A stretch of 29,728 nucleotides of DNA from a virus (lineage: Duplodnaviria > Caudoviricetes), in IMG/VR virus record IMGVR_UViG_3300005805_000327, positions 1 to 29,728 of that record; one strand, given 5' to 3'. Below the pieces are notes generated by a model. The model was given only the letters and a program-made list of their open reading frames with translations, was not told where the DNA came from and searched no databases. Made by a program: the position numbers and the translations under genes. Of this stretch, positions 16,453 through 23,195 are shown one piece after another. Numbering within the stretch: position 1 is the stretch's first letter; each line of letters starts with the position of its first letter.

Positions 16453-17346
16453 TTATTTAAGTAAGAAACGGCGTGAGCCGGGTTGTTCGACAATAAACTT
16501 GTCGTACATATCAGGCATAGCACTGCGGAACAGGTCTTTGCTAAACGACTTGGTGGCTTTGCTGTTCTTCCAAGTGGCAAGGATTCGACCGTCATAAGTA
16601 GATAGCTGCCCTGCCTCCATCATGAAGCCCTGTATCTTGGCTGTTAGGGCATCTTCCTGCGCTTCTAAGGCTTTGCGTTGCTCTTTAATGATCTTCAGAG
16701 TGTCACAGGCTTGCTCTAGCTCTGCGTTAGCCCAGAGGCTTTGTCCGTTGTCTTCCTTGTAGATGATCTTGGCAGCATCCCCCATTGATTCAGGGTCAAA
16801 GTTTCTGGCCTTAATGCGCCCCCAAAACTGCGCCATTTCACGGGCGTGCATATCCCATTGTTCTTCAGAGAAAGACAGGGGATAGCCGCATATCTCTTGC
16901 CCACCAAAGCAGACAATCAGGATGACGTTAGGGATTTGATGCACCAAGGATTCATGCAAGCACTGGACACGGTAGCCAACATCAACATCTGTTGAGCCAT
17001 CGTCACCATACTTCTTGCGCTGGTGAATGCCCAAGTTCTTGACCTCATAGAGCGTCTGCCCATCCTCTGAGATGTAATCAAAGTGACTGGCAAGGAAGGT
17101 GTGCTTGGGGTGATGCAACATGTAGTCTGCATCTTTGAACGGTAGTTGTTTGCGCCTTGCGTATTCGCGCATGATAGGTTCTTGCATGACAAGACCCATC
17201 TGTACTGCTTCAACGTCAGAAAGATCGTCTAGCGGTTTAATGCCGATCTTCTCGGCATAAACCTCACCTGCTTTGCCGTTGACGAAACGTCTAGCATCGT
17301 TTGACCATAGCGCGGCATTCCGCACTTCCGGTGAAAAGTCACTCAT
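16453..17346 (-). CDS. YqaJ-like viral recombinase / lambda-type exonuclease
   Basis: Y.EK.G, MG...E..I, ASHFDY, YEVKN, Q..H motifs; C-terminal ATWK...RRFLLK. Confidence 0.88.
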   Translation of the reverse strand: MSDFSPEVRNAALWSNDARRFVNGKAGEVYAEKIGIKPLDDLSDVEAVQMGLVMQEPIMREYARRKQLPFKDADYMLHHPKHTFLASHFDYISEDGQTLYEVKNLGIHQRKKYGDDGSTDVDVGYRVQCLHESLVHQIPNVILIVCFGGQEICGYPLSFSEEQWDMHAREMAQFWGRIKARNFDPESMGDAAKIIYKEDNGQSLWANAELEQACDTLKIIKEQRKALEAQEDALTAKIQGFMMEAGQLSTYDGRILATWKNSKATKSFSKDLFRSAMPDMYDKFIVEQPGSRRFLLK

Positions 17347-17361
17347 ATCAGCCCCTCATAG

Positions 17362-17586
17362 TTAGGTTTCGGATTCTTTGGCTGCCTGACGTTTCCGCCA
17401 GACTGATTCAGAAAGTGTATCGCCAAAGTCATACACTTCTACAACTTCAAATCTTACATAGGTTTTGTAATTCTTGATAATAGATCGTATCAATTCTCTT
17501 TCTTGCCAAGGATAGGTATCAGCTATCGGGTAGCCAAGGTCTTTGGCAGTGGCGGTAATAATCTTGTCTATGAGTTCGTCAGTCAT
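17362..17586 (-). CDS. Hypothetical protein
   Basis: 74-aa ORF within the tightly packed minus-strand operon. Confidence 0.6.
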   Translation of the reverse strand: MTDELIDKIITATAKDLGYPIADTYPWQERELIRSIIKNYKTYVRFEVVEVYDFGDTLSESVWRKRQAAKESET

Positions 17587-17692
17587 CGTCAGTCATCAGG
17601 GTTATGGCTAGGGCGAGACAGGTTAGCAGCAAGATCAGCCCGGCTCCAACTAAAGCTGCGCCGATGAAGGTAAGCGTGTCAAAGACTTCCAT
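17579..17692 (-). CDS. Single-TM micro-protein, 37 aa (not in ORF track)
   Basis: MEVFDTLTFIGAALVGAGLILLLTCLALAITLMTDDD; GAAGGAG RBS; fills the gap between neighbours. Confidence 0.6.
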   Translation of the reverse strand: MEVFDTLTFIGAALVGAGLILLLTCLALAITLMTDDD

Positions 17693-18071
17693 AATTCTTC
17701 TCCTTCAAAGTAGCTTCAATATGTTCAACAGACCAGCCGATTGCCTCCTCTCGCTCCTCGTCCGTCAGCCCAACCCACTCGCGCACTGGCTCACTGCACT
17801 TAACGCAGTAAAGCGCCCAGCCGTCCAATGATTGCTTGCCGCACTCAGCGCAACCTTCTTCATTCTGCGACTTTCCAAATCCAGCTTTTGAATAATCCGG
17901 CTGTTCAGGCTGCGCTAGTCGGGCGCGGAGTGCTTTGATTGCTTTTCTTGCTGGCTCCCCTGCGTCTGCAACTTTGAGTGTCCAATCATTAGGGTCATTC
18001 ACAGAAACAACAACCCCGACGTATTCTTCCAACGCATCAAGCGCATGCTGCATAAGTTCGCGGTCGGTCAT
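17679..18071 (-). CDS. Modular phage accessory protein with Zn-ribbon insert
   Basis: MTDRELMQHALDALE...ALRARLAQPEQ...CAECGK...CVKC...EWVGLTDEE...LKEKN; start 18071 after GGAGGG. Confidence 0.7.
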   Translation of the reverse strand: MTDRELMQHALDALEEYVGVVVSVNDPNDWTLKVADAGEPARKAIKALRARLAQPEQPDYSKAGFGKSQNEEGCAECGKQSLDGWALYCVKCSEPVREWVGLTDEEREEAIGWSVEHIEATLKEKNYGSL

Positions 18072-18283
18072 ACACCCTCCCATTTCCAGCCAAAGATCAG
18101 GTTCATAAAGTACCTGTGATGCCAGCGGGGAACAGAGTAAGTAGGAAACTTGGTGTAGCCCGCCACCGGATCGCCACCGGAAACAACCCAATAGCCGATA
18201 GGCGGCAATGGCTCATAGACTGCGTAGGTCAAAGGCGCATCTCTGTCATTTAGCGGTTCTGCCAGTTCTTTCCACTTACCCAT
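18068..18283 (-). CDS. Hypothetical protein
   Basis: 71 aa, GGAGG RBS, PRWHHRYFMNLIFGWKWE C-terminus. Confidence 0.65.
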   Translation of the reverse strand: MGKWKELAEPLNDRDAPLTYAVYEPLPPIGYWVVSGGDPVAGYTKFPTYSVPRWHHRYFMNLIFGWKWEGV

Positions 18284-18554
18284 TGAGCACCTCCGCAGCC
18301 TTCAGCTTGCCTGTTTCCCCGTCAAAGGTCAGGCATAGGTTGTCGTCTGTATAACGGTTAGTACAAGGGCCAACAATTACATTCGGCGCGGCTTTAACAT
18401 ACTTTACAAAATCTGGTGTTGGCTCAATACGGTAATCAACGCATTCCTCCCACCAAGGTGATGCCGTGGATAGCCAAACATTGCCCTGCCGGTATTCAAT
18501 CAGAGCGCCGTTCGCCCAAGCGATGATTAAGTCTTTGTGTTTGTGTGGTTTCAT
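18276..18554 (-). CDS. Conserved hypothetical phage protein
   Basis: MKPHKHKDLIIAWANGA.IEY...YRI.P...FDGETGKLKAAEVL; GAGGGG RBS. Confidence 0.7.
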   Translation of the reverse strand: MKPHKHKDLIIAWANGALIEYRQGNVWLSTASPWWEECVDYRIEPTPDFVKYVKAAPNVIVGPCTNRYTDDNLCLTFDGETGKLKAAEVLNG

Positions 18555-18687
18555 TGCGTAGCCCCTCGCATGTATAGATGTGTTTATATACAGCACACGG
18601 ATGATAGACAGGAGCAGGGGATAGCCACAACAGCAGCAGATAGAGTGCTGTAATGCCTACCATAGCCCCTAGAAACGGTTTAAGCAT
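18496..18687 (-). CDS. Small membrane-anchored protein
   Basis: N-terminal TM helix FLGAMVGITALYLLLLWL; overlaps both neighbours. Confidence 0.45.
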   Translation of the reverse strand: MLKPFLGAMVGITALYLLLLWLSPAPVYHPCAVYKHIYTCEGLRNETTQTQRLNHRLGERRSD

Positions 18688-18865
18688 CCAGCTCAACCAA
18701 GGACAAGCGTTGCTCTTTCAAACGCAGTACAGAGGCTTTGAGAGCCGCAACAGAGTGTCTGGCTTTGTCTAAAGCAATCTGTGCTTTGATTTCTTGGGTA
18801 CGGATTTGGTCAATGAGCTTATGCTCAGACCGTAGATCGAAATGATCTTTGGAAGATAGATTCAT
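18680..18865 (-). CDS. Small coiled-coil protein, first gene after the leftward promoter
   Basis: 61 aa, GAGGG RBS, heptad pattern. Confidence 0.65.
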   Translation of the reverse strand: MNLSSKDHFDLRSEHKLIDQIRTQEIKAQIALDKARHSVAALKASVLRLKEQRLSLVELDA

Positions 18866-18913
18866 GGCAAACCCTCATAGTTAGGAACGAATATCGTGCA
18901 TCAGCACACGCAT

Positions 18914-18942
18914 ACATTAGGACACATTAAAACATCTGTCAA
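18914..18942 (-). promoter_or_regulatory. Sigma70-type promoter for the recombination operon
   Basis: TTGACA-17 nt-TAATGT on the minus strand; imperfect palindrome GACAGAT-N6-ATGTGTC overlapping the -35 and spacer. Confidence 0.75.
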
Positions 18943-18969
18943 CCATTTATTTTCTGTTGTCAAAATGGC

Positions 18970-19012
18970 TGTGGATAAGTCTGTGGATAACTTTACAGTG
19001 TGGTGTGGATAA
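18970..19012. promoter_or_regulatory. Three perfect DnaA boxes
   Basis: TGTGGATAA (= TTATCCACA) at 18970-18978, 18982-18990 and 19004-19012, all in the same orientation. Confidence 0.85.
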
Positions 19013-19029
19013 GTTGTCAGTGCGTGAAT

Positions 19030-19260
19030 CCTACATACATACATATATGCCTATATCTATATATGGTACCTATATCATAGGTTTAATATAGATATAGGTA
19101 CCTATATGGATGTAGGTAATACAAAGGATATAGGGGGAATATGTAGGTATAACAAAGGGGTAATATAAATAAAACATCTATCTCTCAAACATTTAGGGAA
19201 GTTATCTAGGTATAACAAAGGATATAGGTATAACAAAGGATATAGGTAACATCTATCATC
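19030..19260. repeat. AT-rich origin-like region with iterons and a palindrome
   Basis: TAGGTATAACAAAGGATA tandem at 19207-19242, variants at 19113-19130 and 19144-19158; perfect palindrome ATATAGGTACCTATAT at 19092-19107. Confidence 0.8.
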
Positions 19261-19461
19261 TATGAGCAAATAGGTGCGCGTGATAAATGCGCGTGGACGT
19301 TTCCGATTTTTTCTGGCTGTCAAAATGTCAATAGACTAGACCTGCTTAACTTGACAAACAAGCAATAAAGGCTGTGGGAATAGGGGGTCGAGGTCAATCG
19401 AACAGAGCTGGCACCGCGGAAATAGGGTTTAAAACGATTTTAAAGCGCCTACAAGGGGCGC

Positions 19462-19491
19462 AAAAGAAAAAGCCGATAACTGGTATCGGCT
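19462..19491 (-). terminator. Rho-independent terminator of the ArdC-containing operon
   Basis: AGCCGATA-N5-TATCGGCT stem followed by TTTTCTTTT on the minus strand. Confidence 0.7.
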
Positions 19492-19516
19492 AAGGTGAAA
19501 ACGGCTTAAAACGGCT

Positions 19517-19645
19517 TTATTGGAATATCAGGAAAAACATTACCAAAATGCTATAGGCACCTAGTGCCATCATAGCGCCAGTTAAATAAAAGAAAATCCC
19601 GCCCTTTTCCATTTTTTCATTGAATCGCTTTTCCCATTTGTTCAT
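19517..19645 (-). CDS. Single-TM micro-protein, 42 aa
   Basis: MNKWEKRF...IFFYLTGAMMALGAYSILVMFFLIFQ; AAGGGG RBS defines the start. Confidence 0.6.
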   Translation of the reverse strand: MNKWEKRFNEKMEKGGIFFYLTGAMMALGAYSILVMFFLIFQ

Positions 19646-19655
19646 TGTCGGCCCC

Positions 19656-19883
19656 TTATATTGCTGAATTGATAATTTTCTCGATCTGTTTCTTATCGTG
19701 TTCTTGCAGGTTTTCAACTGCATTGCAGACCATTGCATAGAATCCGGCCCTTGCAGTGTCTTGCGCTGAATTGCCATAATTTAAAAATGCTTGTGTCCAT
19801 GCTTTGTTGGCTCGCTGGATTGATTCGATGTCAGCGTCGGTTAATCGCGCCATATAAGCCGCAAGAATAGTTCTATGATCCAT
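19656..19883 (-). CDS. Hypothetical helical protein, 75 aa
   Basis: Start reassigned to MDHRTIL after AAGGGG RBS. Confidence 0.6.
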   Translation of the reverse strand: MDHRTILAAYMARLTDADIESIQRANKAWTQAFLNYGNSAQDTARAGFYAMVCNAVENLQEHDKKQIEKIINSAI

Positions 19884-19893
19884 GATTCGCCCC

Positions 19894-20178
19894 TTAATCG
19901 TTAATTGCGTCAAGTGTCCAGCCTTCGGGTAGCTTGTCATTGTGATAATACAAGCGCACATCGTGGACTTCAGCGTAAGCATTGCAAATATCGCAAGTTT
20001 TAAAGTCGGTTCCTGTAGGTTGTACGTCAAAAGTGGCAAGCGGCAGATTTTGCCACTGATCAACGAATTGATTAACTTGCATTGCTTCAATGTCGTCAAG
20101 GCCGGAGTAGTCGTCATTAATCAAGGCCGGTAAAAAGTGTCCGGCGATTGAGAACTCGAAATAGTCATTGATTTTCAT
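19894..20178 (-). CDS. Acidic early phage protein
   Basis: ALINDDYSGLDD motif and CDIC; AAGGGG RBS. Confidence 0.7.
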   Translation of the reverse strand: MKINDYFEFSIAGHFLPALINDDYSGLDDIEAMQVNQFVDQWQNLPLATFDVQPTGTDFKTCDICNAYAEVHDVRLYYHNDKLPEGWTLDAIND

Positions 20179-20230
20179 AATTGCCCCTTAGAGTTTAGGA
20201 AATGCCCGGAACCGCCGGGCCGGTCTTGCA

Positions 20231-21121
20231 TCACGCTGCTATTGCTTCGGTTATTTGCTCTGATTCGTTGACGCTAGTATTTGTCAGGTAATCCATGGCC
20301 TGCTGCGCTTTGGCGCTTGCTGACAAGATAAATTTCTTGTCGTTACGCAATGCTTTTAGCCATGATTCGATATAACCGGCATGGCGTAAATCGCCGTCAA
20401 TACCGCAATGGGCGCAAAGCATAGCTGCGCCCAGCTCTGCGACCAGTTCCTCGAATGCGTACTCTTCAGAGCCGAATCGCGCAGGAGTGATTCGCTTTAG
20501 GCGTGAATCATGGCCTGAAGCATGTACGGATTCATGCAACAAAGTAGCGTAATAGTTCTCGCGGGAATCAAATGCTGCCATTGCTGGCATCACAATGGCA
20601 TCACTACTTGGCCGGAAATAGGCCGAATCACCGGCATGTGTTAAACCGCCGGAAAGATTCAGACGGGAAACAATGGCATCTGCTTGATCGCATGAATTCC
20701 AGTCCACTTGTGGCGGTTCCGGCATGTCAGGCAGGTTTAACCCTTCGCATTGTTCCACGTTGAAAACGTAGTAATGTTTGATAAAAGCATAGGCGCTGGT
20801 AACAGATTCGCCATTGTCGCCGGTAGTCTCTTTGCGGTGAACATTCCAATAGACAACTGGTGTTCCCTTTTGATCGGCTTTTACTGTACCGCCCAATGCT
20901 TGAGCTTGCTTGAAGGTAACGTAATGCGGGAGCGCATACGGTTGCATACCTAACCAAAAATGATTCACGCCGCGATAAACCGTGCCAGACGCCGGATTGT
21001 AGGGCATGCCTTCGCCAGGCGTGCCCTTCAAAGTGCGCCACGGCTTAACCCATGGAGTCGCGCCCTTTTCCAGTTCGGAAATGATTCTGTCAGTAATGAG
21101 TTGTGCGATATCGAGTTTCAT
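20231..21121 (-). CDS. ardC: ArdC antirestriction protein (ssDNA-binding N-terminal domain + zincin-like metallopeptidase domain)
   Basis: ITDRII.ELE.G..PW.KPW, YRGVN, TFKQA, VFNVEQ, YYATLLHE..H (HExxH), YAFEELVAELGAA, YI.SWL. Confidence 0.93.
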   Translation of the reverse strand: MKLDIAQLITDRIISELEKGATPWVKPWRTLKGTPGEGMPYNPASGTVYRGVNHFWLGMQPYALPHYVTFKQAQALGGTVKADQKGTPVVYWNVHRKETTGDNGESVTSAYAFIKHYYVFNVEQCEGLNLPDMPEPPQVDWNSCDQADAIVSRLNLSGGLTHAGDSAYFRPSSDAIVMPAMAAFDSRENYYATLLHESVHASGHDSRLKRITPARFGSEEYAFEELVAELGAAMLCAHCGIDGDLRHAGYIESWLKALRNDKKFILSASAKAQQAMDYLTNTSVNESEQITEAIAA

Positions 21122-21143
21122 TGTTAGCCCCTTTAGGAATTAA

Positions 21144-21299
21144 TTATTTGATTTTTGATAATTGATGTTTTGCGGCTTTTGCATACAGAGCCGCACCTGC
21201 CGAATGCCCCTTGTTTTTGTCTTGCTTTGAGTAAGCCAGATATCTTTCAGCATCACGTTTTGCAACTCGATTTTTCACTTGTTCTAAGAATGTTTTCAT
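21144..21299 (-). CDS. Small basic protein, 51 aa
   Basis: Start reassigned to MKTFLEQ after AAGGGG RBS. Confidence 0.6.
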   Translation of the reverse strand: MKTFLEQVKNRVAKRDAERYLAYSKQDKNKGHSAGAALYAKAAKHQLSKIK

Positions 21300-21309
21300 T
21301 TGTAACCCC

Positions 21310-21471
21310 TTAGTTGTATTTTGCAAGATTGTAAAAACCGAAACTTAGCAGTGCGGCACCGGATAACGACAATGCGGCACAAGCAGCGACTGGCGCGGAA
21401 ACAATGACAGCGAATAACGTCAAGATATTGAAAACGATTGAAGACAGAATGAGTGCGGTTGAATCTTTCAT
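21310..21471 (-). CDS. Two-TM micro-protein, 53 aa; first early gene
   Basis: Start reassigned to MKDSTAL after AAGGGG RBS; two hydrophobic helices. Confidence 0.6.
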   Translation of the reverse strand: MKDSTALILSSIVFNILTLFAVIVSAPVAACAALSLSGAALLSFGFYNLAKYN

Positions 21472-21518
21472 TTGTAGCCCCTTATCAGTTAGGAAACAGT
21501 GCAACAGTGCACGGGTTA

Positions 21519-21548
21519 ATTATAGGACAGATGTACTTATTAACTCAA
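21519..21548 (-). promoter_or_regulatory. Sigma70-type early promoter
   Basis: TTGAGT-18 nt-TATAAT on the minus strand upstream of the early operon. Confidence 0.7.
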
Positions 21549-21975
21549 GCCACATTTATACATAGATGTCATAAATATTGGTGCTTATATAGGTAATCAT
21601 ATATATGTATCTATGAGCAATTTGGCATGGGTGAATGTGCGTAGATTGTCAATCCTCGCGCTCTTACCAAAATGACAATACATGTATAGGGCATGGAGTA
21701 ATGGCATATAAATACAATATTAACAATGCATAGGGGTAACAACAATGGTCATCAGGCATGCGAAGGGGTAGCAGTGTCAAAGGGGTAGGGCATGGTCATT
21801 CAATGCGCGTAGACGGCCTGTAATCGCTTGCCAGTGGCATTGGCGATTGGGTAGGGTTGGGCATGGTTGGGTATGGTGTTATCGGGTTAGCAATGGTCAG
21901 GCACCCCCTCGGTTTGCGCGCCCTATCCCGCTCCCCGCACCAAAGAAATTTGTGTTTTTGGGTTATGCTGTGCAC

Positions 21976-22175
21976 TTAGCAGGGCGAGAGCAACACGACG
22001 GTGCACTGGATGGTTGCAGACTGCTGATGACACTACGGAAAGAACGTGGGGTAGCCATTTGATCCTAAAGAATGGCGTAGGGGCCGATAGCCGAAACCTC
22101 GAACGTAACGGAAGGGACAGTTACCCTTGGTCGGAAAGACTGTGACAAGCCGGGAAAGACCGGCATTTCTTTTTC
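21976..22175 (+). ncRNA. Candidate structured non-coding RNA ending in an intrinsic terminator
   Basis: Run of hairpins (GCCATT/AATGGC, GTAAC/GTTAC, GGTC/GACT, GCCGG/CCGGC + ATTTCTTTTT); no credible ORF. Confidence 0.45.
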
Positions 22176-22205
22176 TGCAAGCCATTGGGTTTGCCAGCCT
22201 TTTAT

Positions 22206-22246
22206 TTGCACTTTGGAATACTTGTGATACAGTCTGTTTACTGTAT
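22206..22246 (+). promoter_or_regulatory. Rightward promoter with overlapping inverted repeat
   Basis: TTGCAC-16 nt-TACAGT with TGn extended -10; ATACAGT-N6-ACTGTAT inverted repeat at 22227-22246. Confidence 0.55.
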
Positions 22247-22260
22247 TAACGGAGGTGCAA

Positions 22261-22473
22261 ATGTATGAAATAGACAGTGGTGTACCGATTCCCGAAGTGA
22301 AGGTAAGGCATAACTATCCCTACGAGGCTCTGGAGGTGGGGGAGAGTTTTCATGTGCCGGGTGGAAACATGAATATCTTGTGTAATTACAACCGTATTCG
22401 TGGCAAGCGTTGGGGTAGGAAGTTTGTTTGTCGCCGTGAGGGTGATGGGATTCGTGTCTGGCGTATTGAATAA
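22261..22473 (+). CDS. Small putative DNA-binding protein
   Basis: GGAGG RBS; I..GVPIP...YP...LEVGESF...KF..R....GIRVWRI phage family pattern. Confidence 0.7.
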   Translation: MYEIDSGVPIPEVKVRHNYPYEALEVGESFHVPGGNMNILCNYNRIRGKRWGRKFVCRREGDGIRVWRIE

Positions 22474-22483
22474 GGAGAGAATC

Positions 22484-22714
22484 ATGGCAGATTGGGAGCG
22501 TAGGCCGCATTGGATGCTGGATTACCTGCTGGTGACTTACAAGATCAAAAATGACAGGGAGTTGGCAAAACGATTAAATGTTGGAGGGCCGGTAATTTCC
22601 AAGATCAGGAACAGAAAGTCAGTTGTTGGTGCGCCGTTGATTTTGGAAATACATGATGAGTTTGGATTGTCGATCAAGGAGATCAAGACGCTGATTGCGG
22701 AATCGACAAAGTGA
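22484..22714 (+). CDS. XRE-like helix-turn-helix protein
   Basis: AAGGAG RBS; KNDRELAKRLNVGGPVISKIR HTH pattern. Confidence 0.75.
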   Translation: MADWERRPHWMLDYLLVTYKIKNDRELAKRLNVGGPVISKIRNRKSVVGAPLILEIHDEFGLSIKEIKTLIAESTK

Positions 22715-22791
22715 AGGCGCTTTTGTATTTCCGCATGGCAGTTACCGTCATGGCTTGTATTTACTTGATTGCAATGCTTTAAGGAGTGGCT

Positions 22792-22992
22792 ATGGAGCAA
22801 GTCAATGGCAGTGACCCAACGGTAGCTGCACAAGATGCCAAAATGTTTTACATGGAGAGGGTGTACAAGATGACGCATGGTGAGCTGTTCCATGAGCTAA
22901 TGCGAGTGCATACCGAGTCGGCAAGAATGATTATGGAACTGCAAGCGGAGATACAACGTTTGAATGAGGCCGATCAAGACGATGGCAAATGA
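22792..22992 (+). CDS. Hypothetical coiled-coil protein
   Basis: AAGGAG RBS; 66 aa. Confidence 0.65.
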   Translation: MEQVNGSDPTVAAQDAKMFYMERVYKMTHGELFHELMRVHTESARMIMELQAEIQRLNEADQDDGK

Positions 22993-23195
22993 GTCCTAAC
23001 CTCGATGTCAAGAAACTTGGGAAAGAACTGGCGAAGTTTGCAACTGATGGGGGTGATATTTACTGCCGTGCTTGTATGCGGCTGTGGGAGTCTTTGCCCC
23101 CTGATGACAAGAACTATGCCATCTATAAGACCGCATTAAAAGAACTCTACAAAACACCACTAGGACAAGACTATGTACGCTTCTACAAAGTTTGA
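22989..23195 (+). CDS. Hypothetical protein
   Basis: ATGA-coupled, 68 aa, CxxC. Confidence 0.55.
   Translation: MSPNLDVKKLGKELAKFATDGGDIYCRACMRLWESLPPDDKNYAIYKTALKELYKTPLGQDYVRFYKV

Noticed and set aside
19113-19248. Repeats as a mini-CRISPR array
   Set aside because: Repeats are short, partly abutting, with no regular unique spacers and no cas genes
19102-19323. 73-aa minus-strand ORF with LYPLLY repeats
   Set aside because: The peptide repeats simply translate the 18-bp iterons; no RBS; the region looks non-coding
13628-21471. Integrase/lysogeny module or DGR/retron
   Set aside because: No tyrosine/serine recombinase or reverse transcriptase motifs in any ORF
21847-22062. 71-aa plus-strand ORF in the intergenic region
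   Set aside because: TTG start without a clear RBS; spans the G-rich repeats and hairpins
21976-22175. tRNA gene
   Set aside because: No T-loop GTTCRA, cloverleaf spacing or CCA end is discernible
22711-22782. 23-aa hydrophobic GTG-start mini-ORF (MKALLYFRMAVTVMACIYLIAML)
   Set aside because: It fits the gap by GTGA overlap but is too short to support without homologs
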